This document shows positions 63,321 through 64,000 of a stretch of 64,000 bases of DNA, in pieces (the stretch's first letter is position 1; each line of letters begins with the position of its first letter). Made by a program: the position numbers and the translations under genes. The notes beneath the pieces were generated by a model. It was given only the letters and a program-made list of their open reading frames with translations, made no database searches and had not been told where the DNA came from. Location: positions 6,324,001 through 6,388,000 of the forward strand of contig NW_026262637.1 of the NCBI RefSeq assembly GCF_021869535.1. The letters are read 5' to 3'. This DNA is from Mytilus californianus. Taxonomy: Eukaryota.

Positions 63321-64000
63321 TTTTAAATTCATTTCGTTTTTTTCTGCATTTGTCTAACGGGGGTGTATAGCTTCCCTGACGATTTTGATCATGGTTCAAC
63401 TTTATTCTAGTAAGGCATACTCTAAAATTGTTAACATTTGTTTAAGGTCGACCCATTTTGCATCTCGTCATGAATATGAATGGCATATTTGCCACTGGAC
63501 ATTAAGGGAGCAATACATTAATCAGCTTCATTTAGAGACGTATAATCACATTAACCCTGATATTCCAAAAGACACATAAAAATTCATTATCTGTTCAACT
63601 GCAATGATATTTCGATTTTCTTCCTAGAAATAAACAGGAAATGAATTAAACCATATATGACAATACATTAAATTAATAAGAACCAGTGAACCAAGTTTGT
63701 CCCTGCAGAATGTAACCTGAAAATTCGGATTGGCACTAGCTACAGTACAACCTCCGACATACTCTGATAAATGTCAACTCTCTAGTATGGTCACCATCAA
63801 ATGGCGACCATTTATTGGGGTCAAAAAGTACGGGCTAGTGGTAAATCTAATAAGTCTACCTGGTGAGATGCAATACTATTTATCTGTTGAGCAATCCGGT
63901 GTGAAAATGACATGCTGCATGTACATCATAACTTTACCTGTACAGGTATATAGTGCTTATCCCTTTCCAATTACCTCCATGTTAATTAGTTTGCCTCATT

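Noticed and set aside
1-64000. Most 60-130-aa ORFs in the six-frame track as genes
   Set aside because: They have non-ATG starts or low-complexity F/L/I-rich translations typical of AT-rich non-coding DNA and repeats, with no recognisable motifs.

Overview
AT-rich eukaryotic DNA, most likely from a bivalve (Mytilus-like, inferred from the repeat families and RT sequences), and dominated by transposon debris. The main structure is an old tandem segmental duplication: copy A ~13.2-24.5 kb and copy B ~38.0-62.7 kb, with hints of a third copy from ~63.5 kb. Each copy carries the same three-gene cassette: a peptide-receptor-like rhodopsin GPCR (+), a 5-coding-exon secreted coiled-coil C-type lectin (-) and a cGAS-like receptor (cGLR/Mab-21; -). 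Both lectins are intact (215 aa each) and differ most in their ligand-binding loops. The GPCR is internally deleted in A and has one TGA before TM7 in B. The cGLR is cut at its catalytic GS motif by a CR1/L2-type LINE in A and is multiply frameshifted in B. Between the copies is a structurally complete 44-nt minimal type I hammerhead ribozyme (31643-31686, -), plus two decayed relatives elsewhere. The rest comprises Naiad-type Penelope-like retroelements, tRNA-derived SINEs, Helitron-like non-autonomous repeats, MITEs and several long palindromic elements. All alignments, translations and counts were done by eye, and repeat boundaries are approximate.
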